A stretch of DNA of 63,634 nt, filler included, from Octopus bimaculoides (Eukaryota), in the NCBI RefSeq assembly GCF_001194135.2. It is 4 parts of 4 records of this genome, joined end to end, with 100 filler letters (N's around TTAATTAATTAA, not from the genome) between each part and the next. Parts side by side here need not be neighbours in the genome. Positions count along the whole stretch, not along the records: positions 22,056 to 53,661 come from NC_068986.1; 3 more parts are not named here. One strand, given 5' to 3'. The notes beneath the pieces are model-generated. The model saw only the letters and a program-made list of their open reading frames with translations. It searched no databases and had not been told where the DNA came from. The first letter of the stretch is position 1. Each line of letters starts with the position of its first letter. Shown here piece after piece: positions 37,404-52,089 of this stretch. A program made the position numbers and the translations under genes.

Positions 37404-38984
37404 GTCCACACCTGTGTATAAGACTTAAAAGTAGTTAATAAGTTTCACTATTATCCATAAAATGGTTTGTACAGCATCCTAGTGTTGCTGTTTTCTCATT
37501 GGTTGTGTGTGCTTTGGGCCTAACTACAGGCCATACAGACATTTTAGTCATGGTGTCTTATCTCAATCAGTGAGAGATTCTGCAGCTGTGGAAAAAAATT
37601 GTGGCATGATGATGACGAAATTGATTAAAAAATTTTTTTTTATCAACTTATACATTTACAAATGATAATTTTGATTTATTTTTAATATACCTAACTTAAA
37701 GATAACATTTGAGCCTCTGTAATGTATAAGTGGTGCTTCACTTTATTATTTAACTGAAATATAAATTTTGTTCTATTTATTAATTTATTTTTGTTTAGTG
37801 TTAAGAAATAGCTGAAAAATACATTTTTCTTTAATTCTTTAATGGGAAGAAAAGTTACATAGCATCTAAAAGAATATTATCATGTTGTCATGTAAGTGGG
37901 GAAAATATTTGTGCTACATGAAATATGCTGCTCTGAAAATTACGAATTTAAAAAAATCTCTTTAAAATAGAAAGGATAATAGAAGTTAGTTTAATTTTCA
38001 GAAACTAGAGGCCTCAATTTCTATTCCGTCTATAGAATAATTTTTTTGTTAAATATTTGTTCTTATTTCTTTCTATTTATTGATCTACCTGAACTATTTA
38101 AGTATCTATGTCCCATATGTTTTACTAGCATGAAAAAGTGAGTATTAAATAATTATGATGATGAATAAGGTCCATTTTTTTGCTTTTTATATTGGGTTAT
38201 GTTTCATGCTTCAAAAGTTTGAAAATATGGGTCAACAAAACAAAATATTTTTAAAAAACAAGTACACATTGTTTGATAGAATTGAATCTCCTTTTTTTAA
38301 AAACAAAAGTTTTTTTTTGTTAGGATTGTAAGGTAAAATACTATTTACAAATATTATTTCCTTAATTCCATATTTAAAGCAAGCATTTCTTTTAACATAT
38401 TGAAGTAATGTTCAAATTTTACATGGGTTTTTACCATTTTATGACCAAATTACACACACACATTTATATCTCAAATCTCTCTCTCTCTCTCTCTCTCTCT
38501 GTACACACATACAGTTATCTTTAACACACATCCAAACATATGCAATTATATTCAAGTATATATTATACCCCACTCCTCCCCAGTATATCCTTTCAGTAGG
38601 TTTTGTGTGGCAAAATTTTTATTAGCAGGTTACTGGTGTATGTATTTTGGTTGTAAATTTTTATTCAAGTGTTTCAGTAATAAGTCATTCATGAAACTCA
38701 ATCTCTTGAATGTGTAAATATTTCAGGAATCACTAGGCAAATCTTCAAATTTCTCACAAATTAAACACATTTAATATTTTTAGAATTGATGAAATTTCCA
38801 AAATTAAAGCCCATGAAATTTAAATTTATCAGGAAAAAATTTCTTTTTCAAGATAGCAAAAAAAAAAAAAAAAAANNNNNNNNNNNNNNNNNNNNNNNNN
38901 NNNNNNNNNNNNNNNNNNNNNNNNNNNNNNNNNNNNNNNNNNNNNNNNNNNNNNNNNNNNNNNNNNNNNNNNNNNNNNNNNNNN

Positions 38985-39030
<46 letters not shown>

Positions 39031-41143
39031 TATACAAAATAATTGTAGTATATGTATTAAGAATTTGTCTTAAATTTACAAAAAAATTATATATTGTGAT
39101 AGAATTGTTTCTGAGTTCCTCTATAGTCTTCCATAAATAGTTATTGTTTTCTAAAGATTTTCTTATAAAATGTTTTGAATGTTAATCTAGAAATTGTAGT
39201 ACAGATGATGTTTGAGAAGGTGGGGAGAGATTTAAAAAATATATAAACATACATAGACCACCCATACACCAATATATATTCACAAAAGGAATAAAAATAC
39301 ATTCCTCATTCTAGAAATAATTGCAAAAGTTTATTTTTTGTTTCTGTTTTAATGAACAAAAATCTTTCAATATTTTGTGTTTTCATTTTTAGCTGGAAAA
39401 ATCTATTTTTGCTGAAAATGCACATGCACAATCTATGAACTCACAAAGTGCATTTAATTTGTTGCTGAATCTGATTAAACATTTTAATACTCTAGAAAAG
39501 TGCATATTCATAAATTTCCAGGTTATGTATCTTATAACAACTCTATTCTTAGTTCAAATATTATGATGTAAGATATCAGAAAAATTCATACTTTTTGAAA
39601 CTGTTTTAAAGCCACAAAACTCTGGTATTAAAATTTTATTTATATCTATCATTGAGTAAAAGTAAATGGAGCCTCTGTTGATTTTGACAGCTTTTTGATC
39701 ATCTGAACTGCTTACTTGTTAAATTAGAGTGTAAATGGCTGAGTATTCCACAGACATATGTACACAATTCTCAGGCAGTATCAGCATGACATAATGTGTG
39801 TGACAAGGCTCGCCTTTTGAAATACAGGTACTCTTGCAGTTTCTCTCAACCTAATTTCGCTCACAAGGTTTGGATTGACCTGTGACTGTAAGGTAATAAA
39901 TACTCACATCAATATCCAGTAGCCACCTAACCCAGAACAATCCTTAACTATATCAAATACAGAATTAGATCAAAGAAAACTACATAGAATATATAATTGA
40001 AAATGGAAAAAAGTCTTTTCGAGTGAATGCAAAACTTGGAAGAACAATTTTAAAAGCCCTGTTTGTTTTAATACAGGAGTAGTTGAATCTTGGATTCCAT
40101 ATCAAACATTTCCGCTAGTTGTGTAACACTCTGCAGTCAGTTAAAAGGGTTGGGGGAAGTACTGACCTTTTGCTTACTGCTTTTGAATTGATTTAGATAT
40201 CAGCTTCAACTGCAGTCAATATTCTTTTCCCTTCGTTTGCATATTTTCTTGAATCATAATTTTAGAAATTTTCATCAATTGAATTTTTTGAATCTATAGA
40301 AGATCTGAAGAGTCTAGTGTCTAGATAAGATACTTTAAGTGCCTCAAAATATATAAAATTGGAGTAGATGATGATTTTATGTGGGGAGTAGGAATGGAAG
40401 TTTAATCATTTGAGGTTTTGGTATCCAAACCTTGGATAAGTAAATTAGTTATAGCAGTAAAATAGTTTCAGTTACAATTAGAAATATTTCTCTAGATTTA
40501 TTTCATTCTGTTTTCTTTTGGTTTTCTCTATATTTCTCCTTTCATCTTTTTTTCCCTTTTATTAAATTTTTATCTTTAGATGAGCAATATATGCTGAAAA
40601 TTATTCTAAATGATAAACATTACTGAATGGTGCCATGGAATGTAGTTTCGGATATTGCCTTTCAAAAATAATAGTAAGTTTTGTAAATATAAAACGCATC
40701 TGAAATGGAATCAAACTTTTGGACAGTATATCAAGTAAAATGCTTGGAGGCATTTTTTTCTGCCTCTTTACATTCTGAGTTCAAATACCACCAAGGTCAA
40801 CTTTCATTCTTTCAAGGTTGATGAAATAAAGTACTAGTCAAGTACTGGGGTCAATGTAATCAACTATTTCCCCACCAAAAATTACTGGCCTTGTGCCAAA
40901 ACTTTAAACAATTTTTATTATTTGTAGACAAAAGTAAAATTGATAAAATGGAAATCAAATTATTGAACACAACTTAGTACTATACATGAAAGTATTGGAT
41001 ATCTTGTTTACAACGTTTTTATTATACATTTGCATGGTATAAACCTTTCCTGTATGTATAGCAGAAAAAAACACACACACCTGACATAATTTGCTGCTCA
41101 TTATTGTTAATATATTTTTAAAGAGAGAGAGAGAGAGCTTTAA

Positions 41144-41257
41144 CCCTTTAGCATTAATTTTTAGAATGAATTGTTGTGAGAGACCACAGCTGGCCAGTTT
41201 GGCCATGAAACAGGAAGAATGTTTTGGCCAGATATGGCTGGTTTCAATGCTAAAGGG
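41144..41257. mobile_element. piggyBac-type MITE (114 bp)
   Basis: TTAA|CCCTTTAGCATT...AATGCTAAAGGG|TTAA. Confidence 0.85.
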
Positions 41258-44200
41258 TTAATGAAAGTATACAATGTCAAAGAATCCCCCAAAACATTGA
41301 TGCATTGTAAGTTTTATTGATTTGACAACCAGTAATTGTACTGAGGTTCTTTGATATTGTATACTTTCAATAAAGCTCTCTCTTTAAAAATAATTTGCTG
41401 CTTATTATTGTTAATATATTTATGTCATGAAAAGAAAATGCCTGCAAACTTGCAGTGATTTAATATTGAGCTGCTTCAGGAAAATTTACTGGAAACTTTT
41501 TAAAAGGAAAATAAGCAATGAGTATAAATAATCAATTACTATTGATAACTTCATACCAAGACTCATTGAATTTTGTGTCTTCAATAATTGAGTGAGCATC
41601 ATTGAATGCTGGCTCTGCACAATATATAAACATATTATTTTGTAATAAAATTGTAAAAATTTGAAGAAAAAAAAAGTGGGGGAGTTAAAAGCCTAAAAAT
41701 AATTAATCATATATAACAAAGTTTAGTAAAAAAAAATTTTTTAATTAAAAAATTAATTTTAATCCTTTAATTCTGTATTTCAATTATAGAATTACTTGTT
41801 AAGTATAAATGGTTCCAAAACATTTGTGAAATATTCAAAACACTCCTCCATTTTTAGTCATCAGCACTTAATTCGAGAACAAAAGGTTTGAGTGTATCAC
41901 TCACTCAATAAATGACACTAAATGACAACATTGTTGGAAAATTTGTTGAAACATTTATTACACACAAGCATGATAATTTGAGCCAATTGCTTGACTTTTC
42001 ACAGACAGAGCTACCTGTCAATGGGTTACTTGTTTCTATCATTTTTTATTAAGTGGAATAGATATCAGTTTTATAGTTTATAAGGAGTACATGAAATCCA
42101 GCACTATGATCCAATGAAACATCATTTATTGTGCTCCTATTACATTTACTGGTGAGCTCTACCCATGACTTTTTCCTGGGCCTCCAAGATTGGTGGGAAG
42201 TTATCCTCAGGCTGGAAACCTATCTTGAATGCTTGCAATAGAATTATCTTTGCTAGAAGCAACCAAAGGCCAGGTAGTGGTGTTAAACCCAGGTCTATCA
42301 CCTAACAAAAATAATCCCTTACCATCTCCTAAATTTTATTCACAAGGTGATAGAAGACACCAAGCAGCAGGATTGAACCCCAAACCATAAAGCTGTTAAA
42401 TGAACTTCTTAACCATATGGTTATATCCAACGTTCTATGCAGTCAGATCAAGCATAAAACTACATAGTTGAAAAATGGGCTTTTTAACCACAAAGATACA
42501 CCTGTACTTGGCTAGTTGGACTGTGCTACTGAGAGCTGTCTTTGAGACAACAATGTTTTGATCTGAACTGTCATTACTTTCACTGGAAGGTTGATTACTC
42601 TAGGAGAGTAAATTCTGGATCTCTGTTTCTCATCGAGTGCTTATTGAGCTAATTTACTGTGTGCTTAAACTTCAGTAATTCCTCTCAGAAAAACGTGGAC
42701 AAACTTATCTTCCTATGAATTTCTAGCTTATAGCTAAGAAAGCAACTGAAATATTGATTGGATTGCTCTGTATTTGTGTAACATGCTGTAGAGGAAGAAG
42801 TGTGTTCTTAATTAAACTGGATGAAAGCATGAATACCATAACTTACCATTTCCTCCCTCTTAAAAAGAAAAAAAATAAGCCAATCAAAACAAGCAAAAAA
42901 TAATTACAAGAAATGCATTATTTTGTCTCCTTTTATTGTGCAACAATTAAGATTTTTCAAATAGACATGACATTGTGCTGAAGTTAGCAGCTGGGATGCT
43001 ATTATATGGAGATGGATTTCTGTCACTGGAATCACTGTTGATATTCTTAGTGAAGGACAAATAAACTCATTGAAGCAAAACAGAATATATGTACAGCTGT
43101 GCATCCATAATGTTTGGTTGCCTTAAGGAAATCACATGAAGAAATAAAATCAATTTTATTACAATTATGCGTTGTTTTTCTTCTTTCACTTTAAAGCATG
43201 AATATTAAATGTAAAATAGAAATGATCTGAGTCCTAGTGGTGTCTTTGCATACTTTTTCTTTATAAAAGTGATAACTTGCAAATGTTGAAATACATGGTC
43301 ACTCAACCATATTAAAGGAAACACATTTCTAATATACAAAAAAATGGGATGGTCAAGAGTGAAATACTTTTACACATGTCTACGTAATCAATGCTAACTT
43401 GGGGCTAAACAACTACAAGTGAGTTTTGGGGATTCTTGCTCCTTTGGCAAGTAAAACTTACATCATTTGCTTCAGGAGTAATGATATAAGTTTTACTTGA
43501 CCCAGGGACGTCTTTAAACTCCACAAAAAGAAACGTTTATTCAGTGCCCTCATCAGAGGAAATTGATGTTAAAAACTTGAAAATCCCCCATTTGTCAACG
43601 AGGGGAATGCTGCTTCCTTCAGACATCTTTGGCAGGGGGGGTCGTGAACACAACTGGAACTGATCTAAGGGACATAACTCCACCCTGCTCAAGATTTTGC
43701 TAGAAGAGATTTGTTCCAGAATTTTTTGCTTGCAAAATTAACTAACCATGATGTTTTCCTCCCAGTTGTAAAGAAGTTATGCGCCTCTGGCACCTATACA
43801 GCTAAGTGCTTTGTAAGTGCAAAACCAATGGTCACTCTATGACCGGCCATAGCAAGTAACCTAAAGGCATGTAGCTATAAAAATGAGTATTTGGAGCCCT
43901 TGATATACCATTCCCAAGTTCTTAACCTGATTTTGAATAGTTCAGTCAATAATGTTGAGAACTAATCAGTACCTTCTATTAGATTATTTTGAAAATACAA
44001 AAAAGATGCTAAACATGTTGACTATTGCGAGAGGTAGCTTTCACAAAATGGTCAACCCTATTGATTTCAGAGTAGCAAATGAGAAAATAGAATGGAATAA
44101 TTTCCCATTGTCCTCAGATTGCAAAGACAATTGTGTTAAAGTTGTATGGTGTAATTTGAGAGAAATCTGTCTGTTATAGCAGGACAAACAATATAGGTTT

Positions 44201-45411
44201 CCTTGTTGGTTTCAATAATATGTGTATGCATAGTGGGCAACAAGTCTGGAAAAATTATTAAAAAGAATTTTATATTCAGAATAACCTTTTGAAGTTCGAA
44301 AGGTTCCACTGTTTTCTCTGCTTTTTCAGATTTCATCACCCATTTGTCTGGAGTTTATCTAACAAGAAAAACTATGTAAAATTTGATTCCCTTACTCTTT
44401 AAGAATAAATAATATTTGATCAATCTGCTTTCTCTTAATGTACTATTAACTCATTGATATTAAAAAAAAAAAAAGAAAAATTGAGCAGTGTTTCATCAGC
44501 TCACAGTAGTGACTTCAGTCTTTACAAACATAGCTTGAAGAGGCATAAAGTTGAAAACTTTGGTGCTATCTGTAAAGTGAGTTGTTGTCGTTTGTTCTTC
44601 AGACAATAAAAAGATTTGATCCACAAAGTACTGAACTTGATTAGGAATTCAAGAAAATTTGAAGGGATAACATAGAAAGAATGGAAGAAGATTCTAGGGA
44701 ACTATAATTAAGTGCTACATGAAATACTAGATATCTGGTTTATGAGATAGTATGAAATCTGACAGAGTAGAAAATTAATGTTAAAAATCATAGTAATGGT
44801 AATCAAAACATTTTAAATAGTTTATATTTTTAAATTGACAGTTTTAGTTAAAAAGCATGTGAAGTCCAACAAATACTGTCATTGCAATACATAATTACCA
44901 TCATTGTTTTAATATTCCATGCTTGATTGAGTTAGATAAGAGTATGTTGTAGTAACATTTATGGTTGGATGCTCTTCTTGTCACTATATTTCACTTGTGG
45001 ACATGTTTACTCAGAGAACTAGATGAAAATGACATTGCATGAGCCTTCTTGACATGTCCGAGCATGTCAAGAAGTCTGGACATGCTTTCATTGTGGACTG
45101 CAAGCAAATTACACTGTCAGCAAAGTTGTTATTGACAATAATCAAATGAAGATGACTGAAATATAAACTCACTCACAAACATGCAATATATGTTTTATAT
45201 ATATATATATATATATGTATATATAAAACTGCAGCTGTCATAAGCAAATATGGTTTGCTGACATACCATGTTTTTGCTAATTATTTTAGCTGCTATGCAA
45301 TTGTAAGCAGATATAGCCACCATCTCAGCCCTCCCACCCGTGATCCAGCAGAACATGTAGGATGTGGTAGCTGGAGCGTAAGAGAACTGCATCAGTACAC
45401 AGGTTATAGTC

Positions 45412-48400
45412 TGTTGTATTGCCAACTGTTATGACTATACACTATAACTGTGTAGTGACAATAAAATATATAACGAAGCAGGATAAAAACAACGTAACAA
45501 TCCAACAAACTCTCCATGAACTGACAAACTACCAAAACAACACCTTACAACTTCCTGCGATTAACACCTACTCTCACACTGCTGCTAATTATAGTCATTT
45601 GGTCAAATCTATTCTTGCAGGGGTAGTCGTGACTGTTGCCACAACATCTCCCCTTTTGAGATTTCGACTTTCATAGGAAACAAAATTTAATTTTTTTTTT
45701 TTTTTTTCTTTCCAACGCCTCTTCCTTTTAGAAATTTTGCTTTCCTAGAGTACTTTTTCCATTTAGGAATTATTTCTAAATGTTCAGTCTGTTTACGTTT
45801 CCTGTTACTGCTTCTAGGCTCAATTTCTTTTGGTGCTGGCACTTCGAACATGTCATCGAAACACTTCCAATGGAATTTCCTTTCTTTCTTCTGTATGTCT
45901 GATTTTTTATTGATTTAGGTGTTGTTTATGCTCACAACATTGGCCTTTTATTAAATACATCATGTTTCCCATTCTTTTAGTCACTACACTATCCTGTCAA
46001 CTCTCTTTACTGTTCTTGTATACTTTGAAATGGACTTTGCCCTTCAAAATGTTTAGTTAAATTTTTTGTATTCTCTCTATACGTTTTTTCCTTTGGCTAC
46101 AATTTGTTGAAGATAGATTTAATCCATTGCATGAACATTAGGTCTGTAGGTGACTTGTCTGGACTGATATTCGGATTGGGCATTATTCTGTACACCTTTT
46201 AAGAACTTAGTGCTTTGTCATTTCCTAACTTGTTCCTTGCTTTTTTTAGTGCTTGCTTGAAAGTATCTATGAATCATCTGCTTGCCCATTTGACCTCAAG
46301 TGGTAGGGGGGAGTTAAACATGTGCTTGATTGCATGCATTTTGCAGAATTTCTTGAACTCATATCCTGTAAATTTTATTCCATTATCTGATACTATGGTG
46401 TCTGGAACACCATATCAAGCAAAAGTTTGTGCAGGAACTTTATTGTTGCCTTTGAAGTAGGTTGACTGCACCTATATATTTCCAGCCACTTGGTAAAGTT
46501 ATTAACAATGATCAAGTAGTAGGCAACTTTCACTGGTCCAGCGTAGTCTATATGTACCCTGGACCATGGACTAGCCATCTCAGACCATGATTAGTATTTC
46601 ACTGGTGGCACCTTCGCTGCTAGCACACAAGCTCGACATGATTTTACCAAATTTTCAATGTCCCAGTCCATTGTCGGCCAATGCATGTAACTCTTCATCA
46701 AAGCTTTCATTTTTGACATCCCCAGGTGTCCACTATGAAATTCATATAATATCCATTTCTGTAGTGCAGTTGGTACTACCACTCTTTGCGCGTACATTAA
46801 TATACCATCGCAGAGTTAAAAATGGTTCGCATTCGTGTTTTTCTTTTGTTTATTTTTCAAGGTTTCCTTCATTTTTATGATGTATTTGTTCTCTACTGAT
46901 TTACTTTTTATATTTTGTACAATTACTGGCAAGTCCTGAATGACATTATGCATTATATTTTTAATTTCCTTTTCTGATTGTAATGCAGCTATCACCGTAT
47001 CTTCCAGTGGTTCTGCATTCTTCAGAATTAGCCTAGATAAACAATCTGTATGACCAGTTTTCTTAGAAGGAATGTAGTCCATCTTAAAGTTATAATTCAA
47101 CAATATTGTACCCCAGCATTGTAATCTGTTAGCTGAACAGGTAGGACTTCCTTTCTTCAATCCGAAAATTGATAGTAATGGTCGGTGGTCCATCTAAAGC
47201 TGAAAACTTCTACCGTGGAGAAATCTGAAATTTCTTCATGGCAAAAATAATCACTAGAGCTTCTTTCTCTGACTGTAGTTTTTCTCTGCTGTAATCAGAG
47301 CATGTGAGGCATGAACCACCGCCTTCATATTACTGTCTTTATACTTGTGTAACAAAACTGCTCCTACGCTGTATTCAGAAACTACAACAATCTCCACTGC
47401 AGGATTGAAATGAGCCAGCGACAAATCTGAAATTAACATTTTTTTGATATCCTGAAACACCTTTTGACGGTTATTTGACCAATTCCATTTGGTGTCTTTC
47501 TTTAGTAAATTATTAAGTGAAGCTCTCAATTCATACATGTTTGGTTGCTATGTTAGTTGAGGGAGACATATTTTTAATTGTGTCTGCCCTCGACAAGAAT
47601 GAGGCACTTAAATATATCAGGAGTTAGTTCCTTCAGTTTAGACCTTTTGCACATTCGGTTTACAGTCCCAGCATATGTGACAAAGCCTTCATCCTCTTTT
47701 TTAACAAGATTCCAACACTCCCACCGAGTGTTAAATAGGGAACACTTATCACTAAATATTTTCTATAGTAATTTGACTGTTTCCTGGAAAGAAATTTCTC
47801 TAGCTTTTTCTGGATAGTATGAAATTACAATATTTTTCACGTTCAGCTGATGCTAATTTATGTAATAATAGTCTTAATTTTTCATTGTCTGTCCACGACT
47901 GGCAATCTTCCTTGAAGATTTCTTTGTACCTTCTTAAGTATGCTACAAACATCATACTCTCCTCTGGGTCATAACTGAATTCTGTTATAGAGTTTGATAT
48001 GCCATCTGATGAAAATAAACTTGTAGTGTTTCCGAACTTCTTAAGACAGCCCCATTAACTGTTGTTTTTCTTGTTGCTGAAGTAATTGTTTCTGCAACTC
48101 CTGTCACTGTTTTTGCAACTGTATCATGGAAGCTGTATCACAAAAATTTGTCAACTGACCTGAATCCTTGTTGCCAATATTGTATTGCCATTTGTTATGA
48201 CAGTAGGTTTTTACACTATAACCATGTAGTAACAATAAAACATGTAACAAAGCAGGGTAACAACAATGTAACAATCCAACAAACTTTTCATGAACTATAC
48301 ATGAACCAACAAATGATATTCTGACAAACTACCAAAATAACACCTTACGACTTCCTGTGATTAACGCCTACTCTCGCTAGTCTTTCACTCAGGCCGCTAC

Positions 48401-48461
48401 TATTTATAGTTGTTCAGTCAAGTCTATTCTTGCAGAGGGTGTTGTGACTCTCACCACAACA
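45412..48461 (-). mobile_element. Internally deleted Gypsy (Mag-like) LTR retrotransposon with both LTRs
   Basis: LTRs at 45412-45646 and 48178-48461; 5-bp TSD TAGTC (45407-11 / 48462-66); PPT aaaaggggaga next to the left LTR; PBS TGGCAACAAGGAT (CpG-decayed tRNA-Ser(GCU) PBS TGGCGACGAGGAT). RNase H (DHRPLLSIFG..ANRLQ.W) and integrase (H.GH.G..KMK, PWSRVHIDYAGP) fragments. Confidence 0.92.
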
Positions 48462-48780
48462 TAGTCATTTCAGCTGAGTGGACTGGAATAATATGAAATG
48501 AAGTGCCTTGCTCAAGGATACTATGCCCTACCCAGTCTATTAATCAAAGACATGCCCTTCTGATCATGAGCATTAAGCTCTAATGACTTAATCACATGCC
48601 TTCACAATAGATGCAGGCATGGTCAATTCTTCTATAAGTTGGTGTCATAAGTATGAGGCTCCACTTTTAATCCCATTGTGTAACATCTTGGCCAAGTGAC
48701 AGTATCATATCCACAGGGTGACCCAAGCTTTATGAGTGATGCTATCATTAATTCCCTGAGTATTTCAGCTAATATATATA

Positions 48781-49556
48781 CAAGGGTTGGACAAAATAAT
48801 GGAAAGATCTAGCATCATAGCATCTTAATTTTGAAATATCTATAAAACCGTCAAAAGCTTGTTTATTTTTTGTTTTTTGATTTATTATTAGTGTTGTTTC
48901 ATATGTTTTCCTAAAATTGCTGTTTTTTTTTCAGATATCATCAGAAAAAGGAAATTAAAATTCATTAAAATGACAGATCTATTGAACCTTCAAAGAGGTC
49001 AAATTGTTGGTGCTCGTATGGCAGGTGCTAGTGTAATGAAAACAGCCGAAATGTTTGGTGTATCAAGAAGTACTGCCTCGAAAGCAATGACAGCCTTTGA
49101 GAAAGTGGGAAAAACTTCCTCATCAAAACAAAACTCCGGAAGAAAGCCAAAACTTTCAGATAGGGACCATCGAACTCTTATGTGAATTGTTAGAAAGGAT
49201 CACAAAAGTACAGCTCCCAAAATTACTGCAGAGCTTAATGACCACCTCAAGAACCCTGCTTCCACAAAAACTGTTCGCTGGAAGCTGCACAAAGCCAGAT
49301 TTCACAGATTGAACATTTATGGTGCATTTTAGAAAAATAAGCAAGGAGTCAATATCCTTCACCATCATCACTACAAGAACTGGAGACTGTTTCAGCAGAA
49401 GAATGGACAAAAATTCCTTTGGAAACAATTCAAACTTTGTATGAGTCCATACCTCATAGAATTCAAGCTGTAATTACTGCCAAAGGCGGTCGTACTCCAT
49501 ATTAAAATAAATTTGTTTGAAATTTTAAGGTGCTTCCATTATTTTGTCCAACCCCA
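48781..49556 (+). mobile_element. Internally deleted Tc1-like element
   Basis: TIR (ta)caagggttggacaaaataatggaa / ttccattattttgtccaaccc; MTDL..LQRGQIVGARMAGASV..GRKPKLSDRD. Confidence 0.85.
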
Positions 49557-50199
49557 CTAAAAATTGTTTCACGTGTATGATGCTTGAAGGTGTGGACAAG
49601 GAACTGCTAAATAAGATAACAAAATGGAAGACTGCAAGATTTTTCCATGTCAAAAGATGGACAAAACATTGATGGAGGGCACTCGTGTTCTGTTATCTGA
49701 AAGCCAAAAAGACAAAATATTGAAATTCAAGAGGGGTTATAAGTGTTGGAAGGTGATTTGTGATTTAAAGACGATACCAGACAATATAAAGTATGAGAAA
49801 CTGACAGAAATGTGGTATAGACATTTTAAATGACTTAAAATTTAAAAGATAAAAGGAAACGAGTGAAGCTGCTTGAGGTGGGGCAAGTAGCTCATTTTCA
49901 TTATCATTTTCTTTCTATCATTCATGTATATCATACTTTTAATTAAAAAATTTTTTTTCATTTTTTCGTTTTTATATGTCCCCACATGTGTTTGTATTGT
50001 CCCTTCTTCGTTGGCCCCTTGTGGGTAATAAAAAGTGATATATATATATATTGTAGAGACACAATCAAGTGCTTAAGAAGATCGTACATGTGATAAGTAT
50101 AGCAAGAATAAAACTAGAATCTGTAATATTCTACATGACAGGAGGCAGCAAATCATTGCCAGGAACAACTATGGGATCTTTACCCTTTGAACGGCACAT

Positions 50200-50755
50200 C
50201 GAGAAATTAATTTTTTGTAACTAAACACTTTCAAATTTCGGACACTGGTAGAATGTGTCATGTAAAACATCTTTTACTCTTAGTGCTGTTAAGAAAATTT
50301 TGTATTTTCAAAGTTATTTCGTGTTAAAGTTATCGTATTTCGGTAATTTCAACCAATCAATGACGTGTATTCAGCTGAATAAAATTACTGCTGTTGTTTG
50401 TCAACAACGACTTCCGGCGGTGTATATTTCGTTTGTCACTGTTATTTATGACATATTTCATCTCAGTTACGTTTGTATGAATAAACGAGTGTATCTAAAG
50501 CATGTTTACTTCATGGCACCACGACGATTTTCGTGCATTTTTACTGCTTTTAGTTTGTTTTTTTTCTTGTTTTTCAGCTACTATTTTCGGAAAGATTCCC
50601 CCTCCCCCTCCAATTTCTTCATTTTTCACTTTTTTCCGTAACTCTAACCCTAAAATTCCAAACCTAACCCTAAACCCCCGACTCTAACCCTAACTCTAAA
50701 ACGCTAAACCTAACCCTCATTTTAAAACCCTAACCCTAACCCTAGCCCTAAAGCT
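50200..50755. repeat. Second copy of the telomere-like-repeat-bearing element
   Basis: Core is the reverse complement of 16830-17060; degenerate CCCTAA units at 50640-50755 next to a gap. Confidence 0.75.
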
Positions 50756-52089
50756 ANNNNNNNNNNNNNNNNNNNNNNNNNNNNNNNNNNNNNNNNNNNN
50801 NNNNNNNNNNNNNNNNNNNNNNNNNNNNNNNNNNNNNNNNNNNNNNNNNNNNNNNNCTCCTTAATTTTTTCTATTGTTACCGCTCTCCTGTGAGTGTCTA
50901 CTATATATTATTTATTTTATTTATTTATTTATTAATTTATTTATTAATTTAGTTATTAACTTGGTTATTAATTTATTTTTTAATATATTTATTTCTTTTT
51001 TAATGACTATCAATTATCCCCGATGTGTAGACTATTTTTTCATTTCTATTATTCCATTTTACATTATTATTGGGTCTCCTTATTTGGCTAAGGGAGATCT
51101 GTCCAGACATCAATCCTCCTAGGAATCTTTACAAGCTCCTTTACTAAAATGTTCAGTAATGTTTCGATATATTATCATTCTTTGCTATTATCATTTTCTT
51201 CTATGGGTTTTATACTAAGGCTTGAACCTCATCTCTTCCTGCTAAATGCTCAGTTTTTTTTATTTTATTCTCAGTTCATACTTTAATTTCATATCTACCC
51301 TTCATCTGGTTGAGTCATGTACTTACATTGTATTTGGAGATCTAACAATTGTTTGTGTTGTACTGTACTATATTACCCGTTCCTTTCCTCTTATTCATCT
51401 AATCTATATTGAGTTGTTCCTAGGTCTAGGTAGCAAACTTCCCAGCCGCTGCTCCATCCTTATTACAATTCTTTTTATATGCTCTTCTTCTATCCTTACT
51501 ATTGTGTGTGCTCACCAACTCTTGTCCTACTATTATTATTGTTATTTTTCTTCTTCTTCTTATTGTTGTTATTATTATTATTATTATTACTATTATTATT
51601 ATTATTGTTAATAATAACAATAATAATCCTATATTGAGACTTAAATAACCTACACTTATAGACTGCACAGACTTTAATGTCGCGACCTAGTGTTGGTCTG
51701 TACTATTATAGGTTGCCTCATATTAATGGATAAATTGGGGTTCTATGTGCGATATTTTTAACTGACCCATTACCTATAGTTATCCCCTCCTTAAATTATA
51801 TTTACGGTGTCTTTTTAGTTATAGTTAGGTATCCATTGTACTTTAACTTAATTTTTAAATTCCACTAAGGTTCACATACATATATATATACATACATATG
51901 CACACACATACATACATATATATATATACACACACACACCTTTACATACACACACACACACATGTATATCCTTATCTCCGTTCACATACATATATATGCA
52001 CACATATATGTACACATGTATATATACACATAAATACACATACACAAACACACATGAGAGTCCGTGCTGTACTCCCTCACATCCTAAAA

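Noticed and set aside
49624-49833. 69-aa ORF MEDCKIFPCQKMDK...
   Set aside because: No recognisable motif or splice context; lies among repeat debris.
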